Shown: positions 35,510 through 49,734, counted from the stretch's first letter. The stretch: 64,000 nt of DNA from Octopus bimaculoides (GCF_001194135.2 NC_069003.1:31890968-31954967); one strand, 5' to 3'. Made by a program: numbers and translations. The notes: generated by a model not told the origin, from the letters alone.

Positions 35510-38500
35510 ATATGTATGTATGTATATGTATATATCAGACCATCCTTGTCGATCTTAGTAGGATCTTTAATAAGCAATGTGGCATGTAAATAGTATTTTC
35601 TCTCACAAGTCAACCCTGACCAAGAAGATTTCTTAATCAAAAGGCAATCCAACCATAACCAGCTTGTCTTCTATTCAGAATTAGCATTCTTGGTGTTATT
35701 GTTGTTTATCCTTATAATTAAAGGCATTCCAGATATGGCAATCCTGTCTTTTATTCAGAAAGTATTGTTGTTTATCTCATGGTGGAATTTAACCCCTTAG
35801 CATTTAAACCTGCAGTATCTGGCCCTGTTAGGTGTTGGTGTGTTTATGTCCTGCATAAACTAATAGTGCAGCAAAAGAGACTGATAGAATTCATTTGACT
35901 AAAATTCTTCAAGGCAATGCCCCAGCATGGCCACAATCCAATAACTAAAACAAGTAAAAGATAATAGATAAACAAACAATAATTCTTCATATTTTATGAA
36001 TTATTTGAATTTTTCTCTCAAGCTGGGCAATAATTGTTTTCAGTTATCAAAATAAAAAATTTAGACAGTAAACCAATGAAAATAATGTTGACTCAAAATA
36101 ATATTGAAACTAATAATAAATCTGTCTGCTGGTTAATCCCTTGTTAACAATAGATATGGTTGGACAAACAACAAGTGATTATTCTTTATCGGAATAATTG
36201 AAATGTTTAGCAAGAATTAAATGGATGAATGAAGTTTTGTCCACAATCCTCTGAATAAAAATCTTGGCAGCATATCAGATGAATTATACACTTTAAAAAT
36301 GAAATGTAAATAGAGAACTATCAAGAAGGAACATTCGTGATTGAAATTTCTATTCAGGCACCAAAATTGTAAACCTATTCTCTTATTCTTTTACTGGTTT
36401 CAGAGACTGCAGCCAAGCTGGAGCGCCAGGCTTCAGGAGTTGCTTTTAGTCAGTTGTATCGCCAACGATACTTAGTCAGATATTTATTTTAGTCAACCTC
36501 AGTTTATTAAACGGATGGGTTCACCAACTAAACTAGGTCCCTTCAGGGAGTTACATCTACTTTGAAGTAAGTGATACAAGAAATTACATCAAACTACACT
36601 CTCATCTGTATTTACATCCTTTTCTTAATGATTTGCAGAGGCTGTCATGCCTTCGCACACTCGGACAATTTCCAACATCTTGACAGATTAGCCATTCAGG
36701 CTGACTGTGTGGTTAAGAAGCTTGCTTCCCAACCACATGGTTCTGGGTTCAGTCCCACTGCATGGCACCTTGGACAAGTGTTTTTTACTATGGCCTTTGG
36801 TCAACCAAAGCCTTGTGAGTAGATTTAGGAAACAGAAACTGAAAGAAGCCTGCCGTATATGTGTGTGTATGTGTGTGTGTGTGTGTGTGTGGGGGGGGTT
36901 ATGTCTGTGTTTGTTCCCCACCACTGTTTGGCAACTGGTGTTAATGTGTTTACGTCCTTGGAACTTAGCGGCTCAGCAAAAGAGTCCAATAGAATAAGTA
37001 TTAGGTTTAGCACCAAATAAGCACTGGGGGTCGATTCATTTGACTAAAAAAAATTGTTCAAGGCGGTGTCCCAGCATGGTTTCAGTCTAATGACCAAAAC
37101 AAATAAAAGAACAAGGGACTGAACAGCTCTTCCTTCCTATGGATTCTTCATCCTTCTTTGATGTTTAAATGTCTACTACACCCTCACCTAGCTTCATACA
37201 TTCTTTGTGGGGGGGGGGGATCGTTTTATTGCCTTTGGAACAACTGACCACTATGTGACCATTATAGCTAAACCCCTGTGTCTTTCATCAATGCATCTTC
37301 CACACTCCCACCTTTCCCCTTTATATTTTTCTTATTTTACTGACTCCCTCCCTCACTTCTATCCCTATTTCGACCTTGCCCTTTACTGTAAGCCCTCTAA
37401 TTATTACCTTCTCGATTACCCCCTCTCTCTCTCAGTTTAGTTACTTCTTACAACTCAATGGGATAATAATTAACTGACATTTCTTTCTTGGTTGGTAAAA
37501 GAATATAAAAAGACCCTTGTGGTAATCGTTAGTAACTATCAAAGCAAAAGGGGAGATAATTTCAAAAAAATTAAGAATTAACTCCATTAAATTAGTTTTC
37601 ATGCTTAGAATCTAATCTTGGTTTGCATACTTCAGCGTTATCAGCTTAGTATGGCCTACAAGTCGGCTTTGAGCAGCTGACAATGGTTTTAACATATAGA
37701 AAAAGAATTGCAAAGATTTTTGGTTAGTATAATTTGCATAATTAAAACATTAAATGGGCTAAAAGAAATAATTGAAGTGGAGTTGTTTGATGATTAAGTT
37801 AGGGGGGGGGGATTATTGAATAACACACACACACACACACACACNNNNNNNNNNATTGAATAACACACACACACACACACACACAAACACGCATGCGCGC
37901 ACATGCACACATACGTGCATACACACACAAACACATGTAAACATAAGCATTTGCACAAACATGCACACACACACACAAACACACACACACACACACACAA
38001 ACACACGCACGCACACACACACATGCACACACATGTGCATGCACACACAAACACAAACACATACACACACAAACACATGCACGTGTACACACACACACAC
38101 ACACAAACACAAACACATACACACACAAACACATGCACGTGTGTACACACACACACACACACACACACAGAGGCACAAAATAAAAGGTTCTCAGTTGATT
38201 TAAATTTCCTTTCTTGATTGAAGAAAGAAATCAAAACCCAAGCAAGCAATTGTTTCTAACTCAATCGACCATTCAATTGATGCCAAGATCCATCTTCCAT
38301 TCTAACAACTTTAATTGATAACGTCAAATGACTTAGATAACATTCTTTGCTTCCAAAAAGACTCTGCTCAGAGCCTAAAGACACTCCATTCAGGATTAAT
38401 TTTCAAAAGATATCAGGCACACATAAGGATTAATCTAATAAAATCTCCTTTTATGAATGAGGGCATTGAGAAGGTTTTAATCTGCGCTAAATATTCATTA

Positions 38501-38928
38501 GCATCATTTAAATATCCACATTTCCGCACTTCCATCTGTTGAGACAGATTTTCTACAGCTGAATGCTCTTCCTGTCACTAAACCTCATCTGTTTCCTAGG
38601 TTACGGATCTCATGGCCAGGTGTGTTTTCCACGGAAGACTGGAAGAGAACGACACCACTTGTATGTCGGTGATACTTATTTACAACCGTACAACTATGAC
38701 ATGTCAAGAGTAGGCTACACAGAAACGCAAGCATATATACATACATACATAGATACACACACACAGATGTTTGAGTGGTTGGCGTTAGGAAGGGCATCCA
38801 GCTGTAGAAACTCTGCCAAATTTAGATTGGAGCCTGGTGTTGCCATCCGGTTTCACCAGTCCTCAGTCAAGTCGTCCAACCCATGCTAGCATGGAAAGCG
38901 GACGTTAAACGATGATGATGATGATGAT

Positions 38929-39148
38929 ATATTGAGTAAAAAAGTCAGAATTTTGGAAAAAAATCCTTTTATTTCTTCATTATTATTAGGGCTTTTGTTC
39001 CTCTCTAGAAATTGTCAAATACAATTTTGTAAAGGTACATTCACAAAATTGTATTTAACAAGTTCTAGAGAGCAACGAAAGCCCTAATAATAATGAAGAA
39101 ATACAAAGGATTATTATTTTCAAAATTCTCTCGACTTTTTCTCAAATA
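38929..39148. repeat. Long imperfect palindrome (foldback/MITE-like), ~105-bp arms
   Basis: 38929-39033 is the reverse complement of 39040-39148, e.g. atttcttcattattattagggcttt / aaagccctaataataatgaagaaat. Confidence 0.85.
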
Positions 39149-39499
39149 TTCAATTCTGTACATCACACCTAACACTATACATATACATACATATATATAT
39201 ATATATACACACAAGTACAGAAATATATTACGTAACTTAACACACTCACACATATATACATATGCACACATACACATCCACAAACATGCATGCATTCTTC
39301 TTCAAGCAACTGCAACTGAGATGCATTTCACCACACACACACACACACACACACAGGGTCTGTGTGACACTTTTTCTATCTCACTTTTTACTGTGTCACT
39401 CTTCTCATTCTCTCTCTCTCCCTCTCTACACTTACTCTAAATACACACACTCTTTTTTTTTCCTTCTCTCTATACTTTTTGTACTTACACACACACACA

Positions 39500-39583
<84 letters not shown>

Positions 39584-39931
39584 CCCTCCCTCTCTGGCCA
39601 ACACAGACCACCACTAGTTTCTTCAGACTGAATCTTCATTCCTATACCAGCTTTTAACAGTTGTTTTAATAACTCAACACGTCAGACAGTTTCTCTGCGT
39701 AAATCATTTTTACACGTAATAATAACACCAATAGCAATAACAGCAATAATATATAATGATAATGGCTTTTTTATGAGTGGCAGAGGCACCTAATAACAAT
39801 GTCACTACAAAGACTACTTACACAAAGCGAATGGGTGTTACATAAAAACTGAATGAATAAAAACGAATGAGATTAAAAGAATGCATAGTATAGAAATGAA
39901 TTAAGGTGATAGAGCAGTCTTCTGATGCAAA

Positions 39932-40239
39932 GGAGGTGCATGGCTTTGTGGTTAGGGTGTCAGACTAAGATTGTTGTTTCAATTCCTAGCCTGGGTGATA
40001 GTGGAGGAGGCACATGGCCTAGTGGTTAGGCTGTTGGACTCATGATCATAAAATTGTTGTTTCAATTCCTGGACTGAGCAATAGTGGGGACACATAGTTT
40101 AATGGTTAGGGTGTTACACTCATGATCCTAAGACTGTGGTTTCGATTCCTGGACTGGGCGATAGTGGAGGTGCATGGATTAGTGGTTAGGGTGTTACACT
40201 CATGATAGTAAAATTGTGGTTTTGATTCCTGTGATGGGC
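39932..40239 (+). repeat. Tandem array of four ~78-bp tRNA-like SINE C heads
   Basis: Units start at 39932, 40006, 40086 and 40166. Each has an A-box-like TGGNYTAGTGG and a B-box-like GTTTCRATTCC. Confidence 0.8.
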
Positions 40240-40995
40240 AAAAGCGGAAGTACTGGGGTTAAATTGCTTCTACCAAAATTCTTAAAAGCAGTGCCCCAGC
40301 ATAATGACTGAAACAAGTAAAAATATAAAAGACAAAAAAAAAAAATGACTGACGGTGGGGGGAGGGGGTTCTTATTGTTGTGATGACAAAAGATGACAAA
40401 AGAGCACAAGTTTTTATGTGTGACATGATACTGGATCAAAAAGCCATCCAGGCCCATCCAAGCAGAGAAAACTGATATATGATGAATGATGTGGGAGGAC
40501 AAATATGAAAGAGAAAAAAAAAAGGAAACAAAACAAAACAAATTATGACAAAAAAAAAAAGAGAAAAAAAATTGACTCCGGCATCAGTGGTGAGTGCTAT
40601 GTGTTTAAATTCTTGCATAAATATGACAATTCGTGGACTAATACCAACAGTTATTGATCTAAGTAAAATAAATGGACTTGGCTAATACGAGCTGGTAGAG
40701 GAAAGAAAATAAAGACATAAATGTTAATGGTATATTATTGATTGACTGTGTATCATTATGCAAATAAGTTAATTACTCATGTAGTTGAGAGATTTCGGAG
40801 CATTAGAATGCTGAATCTGTGAAAAATAGCAACTAGATTTACTCCCCTAGTTTTTTTAGTATCTTCAAAAAGAAAAGGGGAAAAAATGGCAACGGTGAAC
40901 AATGTAATCAGGGATATACAAAAAGTCAAACGGTTGGTGATTGTTGAAATGCTTTCGGTCACAGGCACAGGCGTGGCTGTGAGGTAAGAAGTTTG

Positions 40996-41227
40996 AAGGC
41001 GGCGAGCTGGCAGAACCGTTAGCACGCCGGGCAAAATGCTTAGCTGTATTTCGTCTGCCGCTACGTTCTGAGTTCAAATTCCGCCGAGGTCGACTTTGCC
41101 TTTCATCCTTTCGAGGTCGATAAATTAAGTACCAGTTACGCACTGGGGGTCGATGCGATCGACTTAATCCCTTTGTCTGTCCTTGTTTGTCCCCTCTATG
41201 TTTAGCCCCTTGTGGGCAATAAAGAAA
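40996..41227 (+). mobile_element. SINE family D, full length, inserted into a family A head with 11-bp TSD
   Basis: Head GGCGAGCTGGCAGAACCGTTAGC...GAGTTCAAATTCC and core gcctttcatcctttcgaggtcgataaattaagtaccag. TSD taagaagtttg at 40985-40995 and 41228-41238. Confidence 0.85.
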
Positions 41228-41632
41228 TAAGAAGTTTGCTTCCTAAGTACGTGGTTCCAGGCTCAGTCCCACTGCATAACACCTTGGGCAAATGTCTTCT
41301 ACTTTAGCTCCAGGCTGACTAAGCCTTGCGAGTGGATTTGATCGATGGAAACTGAAAGAAGCCCATCATGTGTGTGTGTGTGTGAGTGCATGCGTGCTTG
41401 TCCTCCAACACTACTTGACAACCGGTATTGGTTTGTTTACCTCCCCACATCTTAGTGGTTTGGCAAAAGAGACCAATGTAAAAAGTATCAGACTTGAAAA
41501 ATAAATACTGGGGGTTGATCTGTTCAACTGAAGCCTTCAACACAGTGCCCCAGCATGGCCGCAGTCTAACAACTGAAAACAAGTACAAGATAAGAGATTG
41601 GTCTGCTCACTCAGAATTGATCTTATGCTAAA

Positions 41633-41664
<32 letters not shown>

Positions 41665-43171
41665 GCAACAGCAGCAGCAGCAACGGCAGCAGCAACACCA
41701 TCAAATTTAATCTCAGCTCAAGCTAAGCTGTGCAGATAATTATAAAAAGGAAAAAAGTTTACATAGGTGTGGCTAATAGGTTAAAAAAGTTTGCTTAGCA
41801 GCCATGTGATTCTGGGTTCAATCCCAATGCATGGTATCTTGGGCAAATTGATCAAAGCCCTTTGCAAAAAAAGTTTTACATTTGTTGTTATATTTCAAGA
41901 TGGTCGTTTTGACTTTTTTGTTTTTTTTGTTCTGAATAAACACATGGACTATATATTCATTCTTCACTTCAGATTTATTATTGCCCATTATCTGAGAAAT
42001 CTTTCATCACACATCTTGTAACCACCTTCAGTGACTCCGAAGAGTGTAGTAAGTTTATGCTCAGGAAATAGGGGTAAAAAAAGGAAAGAAAGGTCCTTTA
42101 CATTTCAAGTATACACTCTTCTTCTGAGCCCAAAACAGATACACAAGGAGAGAAAAGGAATGAAAAGCAGAGAAAGAAAATGGAGAAAAGGATGACATGT
42201 ATACAATTGTCATACAGACAATGTCATAGATAAGTACTCTATTCATAAGAGAGAGAGAGGGGGGAGAGAGAGAGAGAGAGAGAGGGAGAGAGAGGGAGAG
42301 AGAGAGACACACACAGAGAGAGAGAGACAGAGAGAGAGAGACACAGAGAGAGGGAGAGAGAGAGAGTTATATCACTGTACTGCAAACATTCAGTGTTAAT
42401 CCTGCAGACAATAACCTGAAGATGTTTGGGCTGAGCATCAATCTTCGCTGACTGTCTAATTAAAAACAAAGAATAAAGGGTGAATAATTGTGATTGGCAT
42501 TATATCTACGTGAAGAATAAATCAGAAAATATTTTCTGCTCGATGAAGTGAATATACATCTAAAGAAGAAGAAAGATTAATTTTGAAGAAATACAGACCG
42601 AGTTAAAATTAACCCAGACCGCTGACAGTACTGGCAATTCTGTATAATTGCAACTGAATAAATACATAACTTGGAAAATTGCATAACTTTCATGAACACT
42701 AAACTATTTAGCATCAAATCTATGTAAAATTCACTAATTAATTACATATGCAAATAAAGTCAATCGGTTAATTGCATAATATATTTTTTTTTTTTCAATT
42801 TAAACTTGTGAAAATTGGCAAAATATTGCATTCGTTCACTTGATTCGTTCACTTTATTGATACAAATAAAGTGATTCTGAAAGGAAGTTTGTTTATAGGA
42901 GAGGTTTAAGCGGTGTTACTCAGTACTTAACATTTGTAAATGCATTTTCTGGTACTCAAGCCAACATAGTATATAGTGTGAACACAGTATAAACATTCAA
43001 ACATTGCCACCATATTTCCAAGTCCTGCTGCATTTCATGAGGAACTTTGGCATTCAAAAGTTGTCAGTGTACAAGTCAACCTACCTTGTTTCGCAGACAA
43101 ATTTTGAAAAATTCAACTTGTATGAAAGAAAATACAATATATATATATATANNNNNNNNNNNNNNNNNNNN

Positions 43172-43208
<37 letters not shown>

Positions 43209-43230
43209 GTTTATATGTTCACACATATGT

Positions 43231-43270
<40 letters not shown>

Positions 43271-43738
43271 GTTTATATGTTCACACATGTACACACACAC
43301 ACACACATATCCCCCTCTCTCTCTCTGGGAGAGAAACACAAGCACATACACAGACACATACACACACGGCAGTAACTTCCGCCTACCAAATTCAATCACA
43401 AAGCTTCGGTCAGCTCGGGGCTATAGGAGAAGACACTTACCCAAGGTGCCACGTGGTGGGACTGAACCCGAAACCATGTAGCTGGGAAGCAAGCTTCCTA
43501 ACCACATACACACACACATATATATACACATACAGCTATACATCAACCCATGGCAGCATGGAAGGAGGATGTTAAATGATGATTATGATATACACACACA
43601 CTCACACACACACAAACACACACTACATGGCACCTTGGGCAAGCATCTTCTACTAAAGCCCTAGGCTGATCGAAGCCTTGTAAGTGGATTTGGTAGATGG
43701 AAGCCGAAAGAACCCTGTCATGCATGCACACATGTATG

Positions 43739-43783
<45 letters not shown>

Positions 43784-45294
43784 GCAATGATGATGACAAT
43801 GACAATGATAGTAAACAATGACAATAACAACAACGACGATGATGATGATGATGATGATGATGATGACAGCAATGACGATGAGGTTTTTGAAATTACGTAT
43901 AAAACAAGACAGCTTGAAATGAAAGCAGGCAATCAACTGTCTGCATGGAGAAGATAGCAAGATGACATAAAAACAACAACAAAAAAAAAAACAAAGTCAA
44001 CATGGCAAACTTATCTTGTTTTATTCTTCCTCTTCTCTTAGGAAAAATTGGATCAAAAATTAAAAATTGAAAACAAAAAAAAACCCAAAGGGAGAAAAAA
44101 GAAAAACAAGCCTAGATACTCGTTAAGACTCCTCTAANNNNNNNNNNNNNNNNNNNNNNNNNNNNNNNNNNNNNNNNNNNNNNNNNNNNNNNNNNNNNNN
44201 NNNNNNNNNNNNNNNNNNNNNNNNNNNNNNNNNNNNNNNNNNNNNNNNNNNNNNNNNNNNNNNNNNNNNNNNNNNNNNNNNNNNNNNNNNNNNNNNNNNN
44301 NNNNNNNNNNNNNNNNNNNNNNNNNNNNNNNNNNNNNNNNNNNNNNNNNNNNNNNNNNNNNNNNNNNNNNNNNNNNNNNNNNNNNNNNNNNNNNNNNNNN
44401 NNNNNNNNNNNNNNNNNNNNNNNNNNNNNNNNNNNNNNNNNNNNNNNNNNNNNNNNNNNNNNNNNNNNNNNNNNNNNNNNNNNNNNNNNNNNNNNNNNNN
44501 NNNNNNNNNNNNNNNNNNNNNNNNNNNNNNNNNNNNNNNNNNNNNNNNNNNNNNNNNNNNNNNNNNNNNNNNNNNNNNNNNNNNNNNNNNNNNNNNNNNN
44601 NNNNNNNNNNNNNNNNNNNNNNNNNNNNNNNNNNNNNNNNNNNNNNNGTGTGTTTGTGTGTCTGTGTTTGTCCCCGCCATCATCGCTTGACAACCGATGC
44701 TGGTGTGTTTACGTCCCCGTAAATTAGCGGTTCGGCAAAAAGAGATCGATAGAATAAGTACTAGGCTTACAGAGAATAAGTCCTGGGGTCGATTTGATTC
44801 GACTAAAGGTGGTGCTCCAGCATGGCCGCAATCAAATGACTGAAACAAGTAAAAGAGAGAGAGTAAAGAGTATATGGGATTTACACATCCGTGTGTATTT
44901 CCACCATGTGTGTGGTGTGGTGTGGTGTGTGTGTGTGTGTGTGTGTGTGTGTTTCCAGATATATGTCTCTAAATATCTACATTTCCTTCCCATGATATGC
45001 GATTGTTTCCATGTGCATTATGTTTCCATGCAAGCATGTATGCGTGAGTGTGTGTGTGTGGTTCTATGTTTGTGCGTATTTCCAGTGTATATGTTTCTAT
45101 ATGTGCGTGTGTGTGTGTGTATGTGCGGTTCTATGTTTGTGTGTGTTTCCACATATGTGTGTTTCCAAGTATTTGAATGAGTGTTTCCGTGTGTGTTTGT
45201 GTTTCCATATATGTGTTTTCCTCTGTGTGTTTCTATGCTTCCATATGCAGCTCTTCACCATTGGTGGTGGTGGTGGTGGTGGTGGTGGTGGTGG

Positions 45295-45337
<43 letters not shown>

Positions 45338-45372
45338 ATGTATGTAGCTATATATGTATGTATATGGCTGGT

Positions 45373-45455
<83 letters not shown>

Positions 45456-46566
45456 TTTTCTATATATGTACACATATGCTCCTGGTATGCATGTGTTTCA
45501 ATGCATTTATATGTCTCTATGTATGTATGTGTGCTTTTATATATGTGTTTCTTTTCACATATGTTTAACTTAAAGAACAAACTATTTTATGTGTATTATT
45601 TGATTTCTGATGGGCCAACACTATCATATGAAGAACAGGGATAATTAACAAATAATGGTTTGGTAATAGGTGCAAGCATGGCCATGTGATAAGAATTGTG
45701 CTTCCCAACCACATGATCCTGGGTTTAGTCCATCCCACTGTGTGACACCTTAGGCAAGTGTCTTCTGCTATGGCTTCAGGCCAGCCAAAGCCTGGTGAGT
45801 AGATCTGGTAGATGGAAACTGAAAGAAGTCTGTCGTATATATAGGTGTGCACGTGTGTGTGTGTGTGTGTGTGCATGTGTGTTTCACTGTTTCCTTGCCC
45901 TTAATATAGCATAACAGTTGTAAAACGAGAGTCCAGTCTTCTGTGAAAAACATGTCTGGTCAGGGAGAAATATTACTTCGCTTGGAAACAGATGAGGGCT
46001 GGTGACAGGGGGGGCGTCCAGCAGCAGAAAATCCACCTCAACAAATTCCATTCCAACCCACATGAGCATAGAACAATTCTGTCTGACCCATGCAGGCTTA
46101 GAAAAGCAGACATTAAAATGATTTGACGACGACGATGACGACAAGAAGCAGGGTAAATGATGAATTTTTCAGAATTTTGTGACAGCCAAATAACAAGTGG
46201 GTACATATCCAAATAAAACAATAATCAAATTTTCGAGAGAAGATGAAGAAATTGTAGATTTTAATGGTTGTTCTTCTGCATTTGACAGTTTTTTCTTATT
46301 GAAAGTCAGAAGTATTTCCAGTTCAAATTTGTCAGTATAATTAAAACTGAAGAAGAGAAACTGAAAACAAATTTACTCAGGCTATAAGACCATTTATATA
46401 AATGATTGTTCTATTACATCTGACAGAGGCAAAACCAGATGGTTAACAAGTTCATTTTGTTATCATTTGATTCTATTCTACTGTGTAATAGATTTAGGCG
46501 AATGACTTCTACTTTAGCCTTAGTTTTGGCTGATGCTTTGTGAGAATAATGTGATAGATGACGACT

Positions 46567-46617
<51 letters not shown>

Positions 46618-47166
46618 NNNNNNNNNNNNNNNNNNNNNNNNNNNNNNNNNNNNNNNNNNNNNNNNNNNNNNNNNNNNNNNNNNNNNNNNNNNNNNNNNNN
46701 NNNNNNNNNNNNNNNNNNNNNNNNNNNNNNNNNNNNNNNNNNNNNNNNNNNNNNNNNNNNNNNNNNNNNNNNNNNNNNNNNNNNNNNNNNNNNNNNNNNN
46801 NNNNNNNNNNNNNNNNNNNNNNNNNNNNNNNNNNNNNNNNNNNNNNNNNNNNNNNNNNNNNNNNNNNNNNNNNNNNNNNNNNNNNNNNNNNNNNNNNNNN
46901 NNNNNNNNNNNNNNNNNNNNNNNNNNNNNNNNNNNNNNNNNNNNNNNNNNNNNNNNNNNNNNNNNNNNNNNNNNNTATATATGGAGCGAACACGTCACAA
47001 TGAAGTAGAGAAATTTGAAAAGACAACACGAAACCGATTATTTCTCAAAATACAATGTTTATATACCAAAAAGATTTTATAACATTTTTCTAACATTTTT
47101 CTGACATAATTTAAATATATACTTTAACCATGTAACACAAGTCTTCTGTAGTTTTTTCACTCTTAT

Positions 47167-47197
<31 letters not shown>

Positions 47198-47726
47198 AAA
47201 GTATAAGAAAGAAAAAGAGAAAGAAAACAAAAAGATGACTGCAGGACAGTGTTCTTGCTAGTTCGGTAAATAATATTATAAAAGCAGATATTAGTATTCA
47301 ACGTTTTCATTCAGAATTATTGCTAAATTGATTTCTATTTCTACAGACTCATACAATAGTTACAATAGTACACAGAGAGTTCAGCAGTTGGCATTTTGAA
47401 TAAAAGCATACATACACATACTATGGATATTCTTCTGTTCCATAAAACTGAGAGAACGGAAGTAAAATAAAATAAAATAAAATAAAATAAAATGAAATAA
47501 AATAAAACTATTTAATAATTTTTTTTAAAACTCTGCTAAAAATATGGGTGACTTATTTGGCAGAATTGTTAAGGGTGGTGGACAAACCAAATACCTTTTG
47601 GTATTTTGTGAGGATCCTTTGATCTCCGAGTTCAAACCCCATCCAGGTCAGCTTTACCTTTTATCTATCTGTAGGTAGATGAAATAATTACCTGTCAAAT
47701 ATTGGGATTAATGTGGCAGACTCTTT

Positions 47727-48443
47727 AGAGTAGTGTTTCTTAACCAGGATCCATATGACCCTTGCGGGGTGGGGTGGGGGCCCCATATAAGATTTTGTTG
47801 TTAAAATTTATGTGCAATAAAATTGGTTATACTTCTACAACACTGTTGCTGATGTGGTGTGTTTATGTCCCTGTAACTTAGCAGTTCAGCAAAAGAGGCA
47901 GATAGAACAAGTACCAGGCTTTAAAAATTTGGCTATGTGGTAAAGCGTGCTTGTGGAACCTTGGGCAAGTGTCTTCTACTATAGCCTCAGGCCAACCAAA
48001 GCCTTGTGAGTGGATTTGGTAGACAGCAACTGAAAGAAGCCCATCATATATATACATATATATATATACACACACACACATATATATATATGTATATATC
48101 TGTGTGTCTGTGCGTGTCTTTGTGTCTGTGTTTGTCTCCCCCATCACCGCTTAACAACTGGTGTTGATGTGTTTACGTTCCCGTTACTTAGTGGTTCATC
48201 AAAAGAGTCCGATAGAATAAGTACTAGGCTTCCAAAGAATAAGTCCTGGGGTCGATTTGCTCGACTAAAGGCGGTGCTCCAGCATGGCCACAGTCAAATG
48301 ACTGAAACAAGTAAAAGAGTAAAAAAAACAAAAAAAAACATAATAGGATTTTTTAAACATTGAATGGCTATGAAGGTCCAGTAGAGTAAAACAGGTATCA
48401 GAAGGGTCCATAGGCAGAAAATGGTTGGGAACCCCTGGTTCAG
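47727..48443. mobile_element. hAT-type MITE split by a SINE A
   Basis: Left end (t)agtgtttcttaacc and right end ggttgggaacccctg resemble CAGTG(T/G)TTCYCAACC-type hAT TIRs. Confidence 0.55.
47860..48325 (+). mobile_element. SINE family A copy nested in a hAT-type MITE
   Basis: Same body and tail as 59488-59958. Confidence 0.75.
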
Positions 48444-49043
48444 AGTGACAGAGAAACACCTTGTGGTATTTAGTTATGATGCTCTATGTTCTGAGTTCAA
48501 ACTAATCGAGGTCATATTTGCCTTGCAACCATCCAAGGTTGATAAAATAAAGTACCAGTCAAGTCTATTAATATTCCTTCCAGGCATTATAGACATGAAT
48601 AGAATCATTGTAGAGAACAAAACAAGACTAAATCCTTCCTGCTGCTTGCCTTGTGCATTTTAGAAATCAATACAGCCTCAAATATGGATGAAAATTAATT
48701 CTTCTAAAAAAGAAATCCCAGTATGGAAGCAGACATGTGAAACAGATTTAAGGTCAGTTCAATGAATCAGGATAGATTTGTTAATGATATCTTTCAAAAT
48801 AACTAATTGATGCTGGGAAATAGAAGCTATTTATCCAACTGCAAGTAGATCAATATTTAAGATAGGAAGTGGAGTTAGCAGAAACAATGAAACACCAGAC
48901 TAAAAGATGGAATGCTGGATTAGGCAAAAAAAAAAATTGTTTGAATGTCAGACAAAAATGCTTTGCGTTATTTAGCTGTGTACAAGACAGTGAACTGGTA
49001 GAATTGTTAGCGTACTGGGCAAAATGCATAGCAGCATTTCATC

Positions 49044-49480
49044 CTCTTTTACTCTTTCTTTTACTCTTTTACTTGGTTCAGTCATTTGACTGCGGCCATG
49101 CTGGAGCACCACCTTTAGTTGAGCAAATCGACCCCAGGACTTATTCTTTGGAAGCCTAGTACTTATTCTATCAGTCTCTTTTGCCGAACCGCTAAGTTAC
49201 AGGGAAGTAAACACACCACCATCGGTTGTCAAACAATGGTGGGGGGACAAACACAGACACACAAACCCGTAAATAAATAAATAAATACATATATATATAT
49301 ATATATAAACATATATACGACGGGCTTCTTTCATCTTCCGTCTACCAAATCCACTCACAAGGCTTTGGTCGGCTCGAGGCTATAGTAGAACACACTTGCC
49401 CAAGGTGCCACGCAGTGGGACTGAACCCGGAACCATGTGGTTGGTAAGCAAGCTACTTACCACACAGCCACTCCAGCGCC
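49044..49480 (-). mobile_element. SINE family A, full-length copy
   Basis: Reverse complement of the 59488-59958 copy over its whole length. Confidence 0.85.
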
Positions 49481-49520
49481 TATACATCGTCATATGTCAA
49501 TCTCAAAAAAAAAAAAAAAA

Positions 49521-49734
49521 AGTTTAACAAGACCGTTACACGTCTGCATCAAAGAACATATGAACATGAGAGCCTCCTCCTTCAGAAAACATCTAGATAG
49601 ATGCCGGAACAGTCACAATTGAGGCCAATGAAAGAAATTTGGGTAATTTAAGAATCAAGGAAGCTTTACTCATACACAGACTAGGACCCCAAATTAACAA
49701 CAGGATGGAAGTTGGTAATCAATATATTATTTAG
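49521..49734 (+). mobile_element. Penelope-like element GIY-YIG endonuclease fragment (frameshifted relic)
   Basis: Frame 1 SLTRPLHVCIKEHMNMRASSFRKHLDRCRNS, then frame 2 TIEANERNLGNLRIKEALLIHRLGPQINNR. Matches the PLE GIY-YIG pattern T.R.L..R..EH...H...L.IKEAL.I....P..N. Confidence 0.7.

Noticed and set aside
37813-37880. Direct repeat attgaataacacac on both sides of a 10-N gap
   Set aside because: An unmerged contig overlap at a microsatellite.
38420-38540. Minus-strand MEVRKCGYLND resembling the PH start LCGYL
   Set aside because: No K..RWF follows, a stop arrives after 40 codons, and there is no donor. Treated as a chance match.
46170-46345. Open minus frame FNYTDKFELEILLTFNKKKLSNAEEQPLK after a good acceptor
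   Set aside because: No convincing donor before the stop and no recognisable homology.
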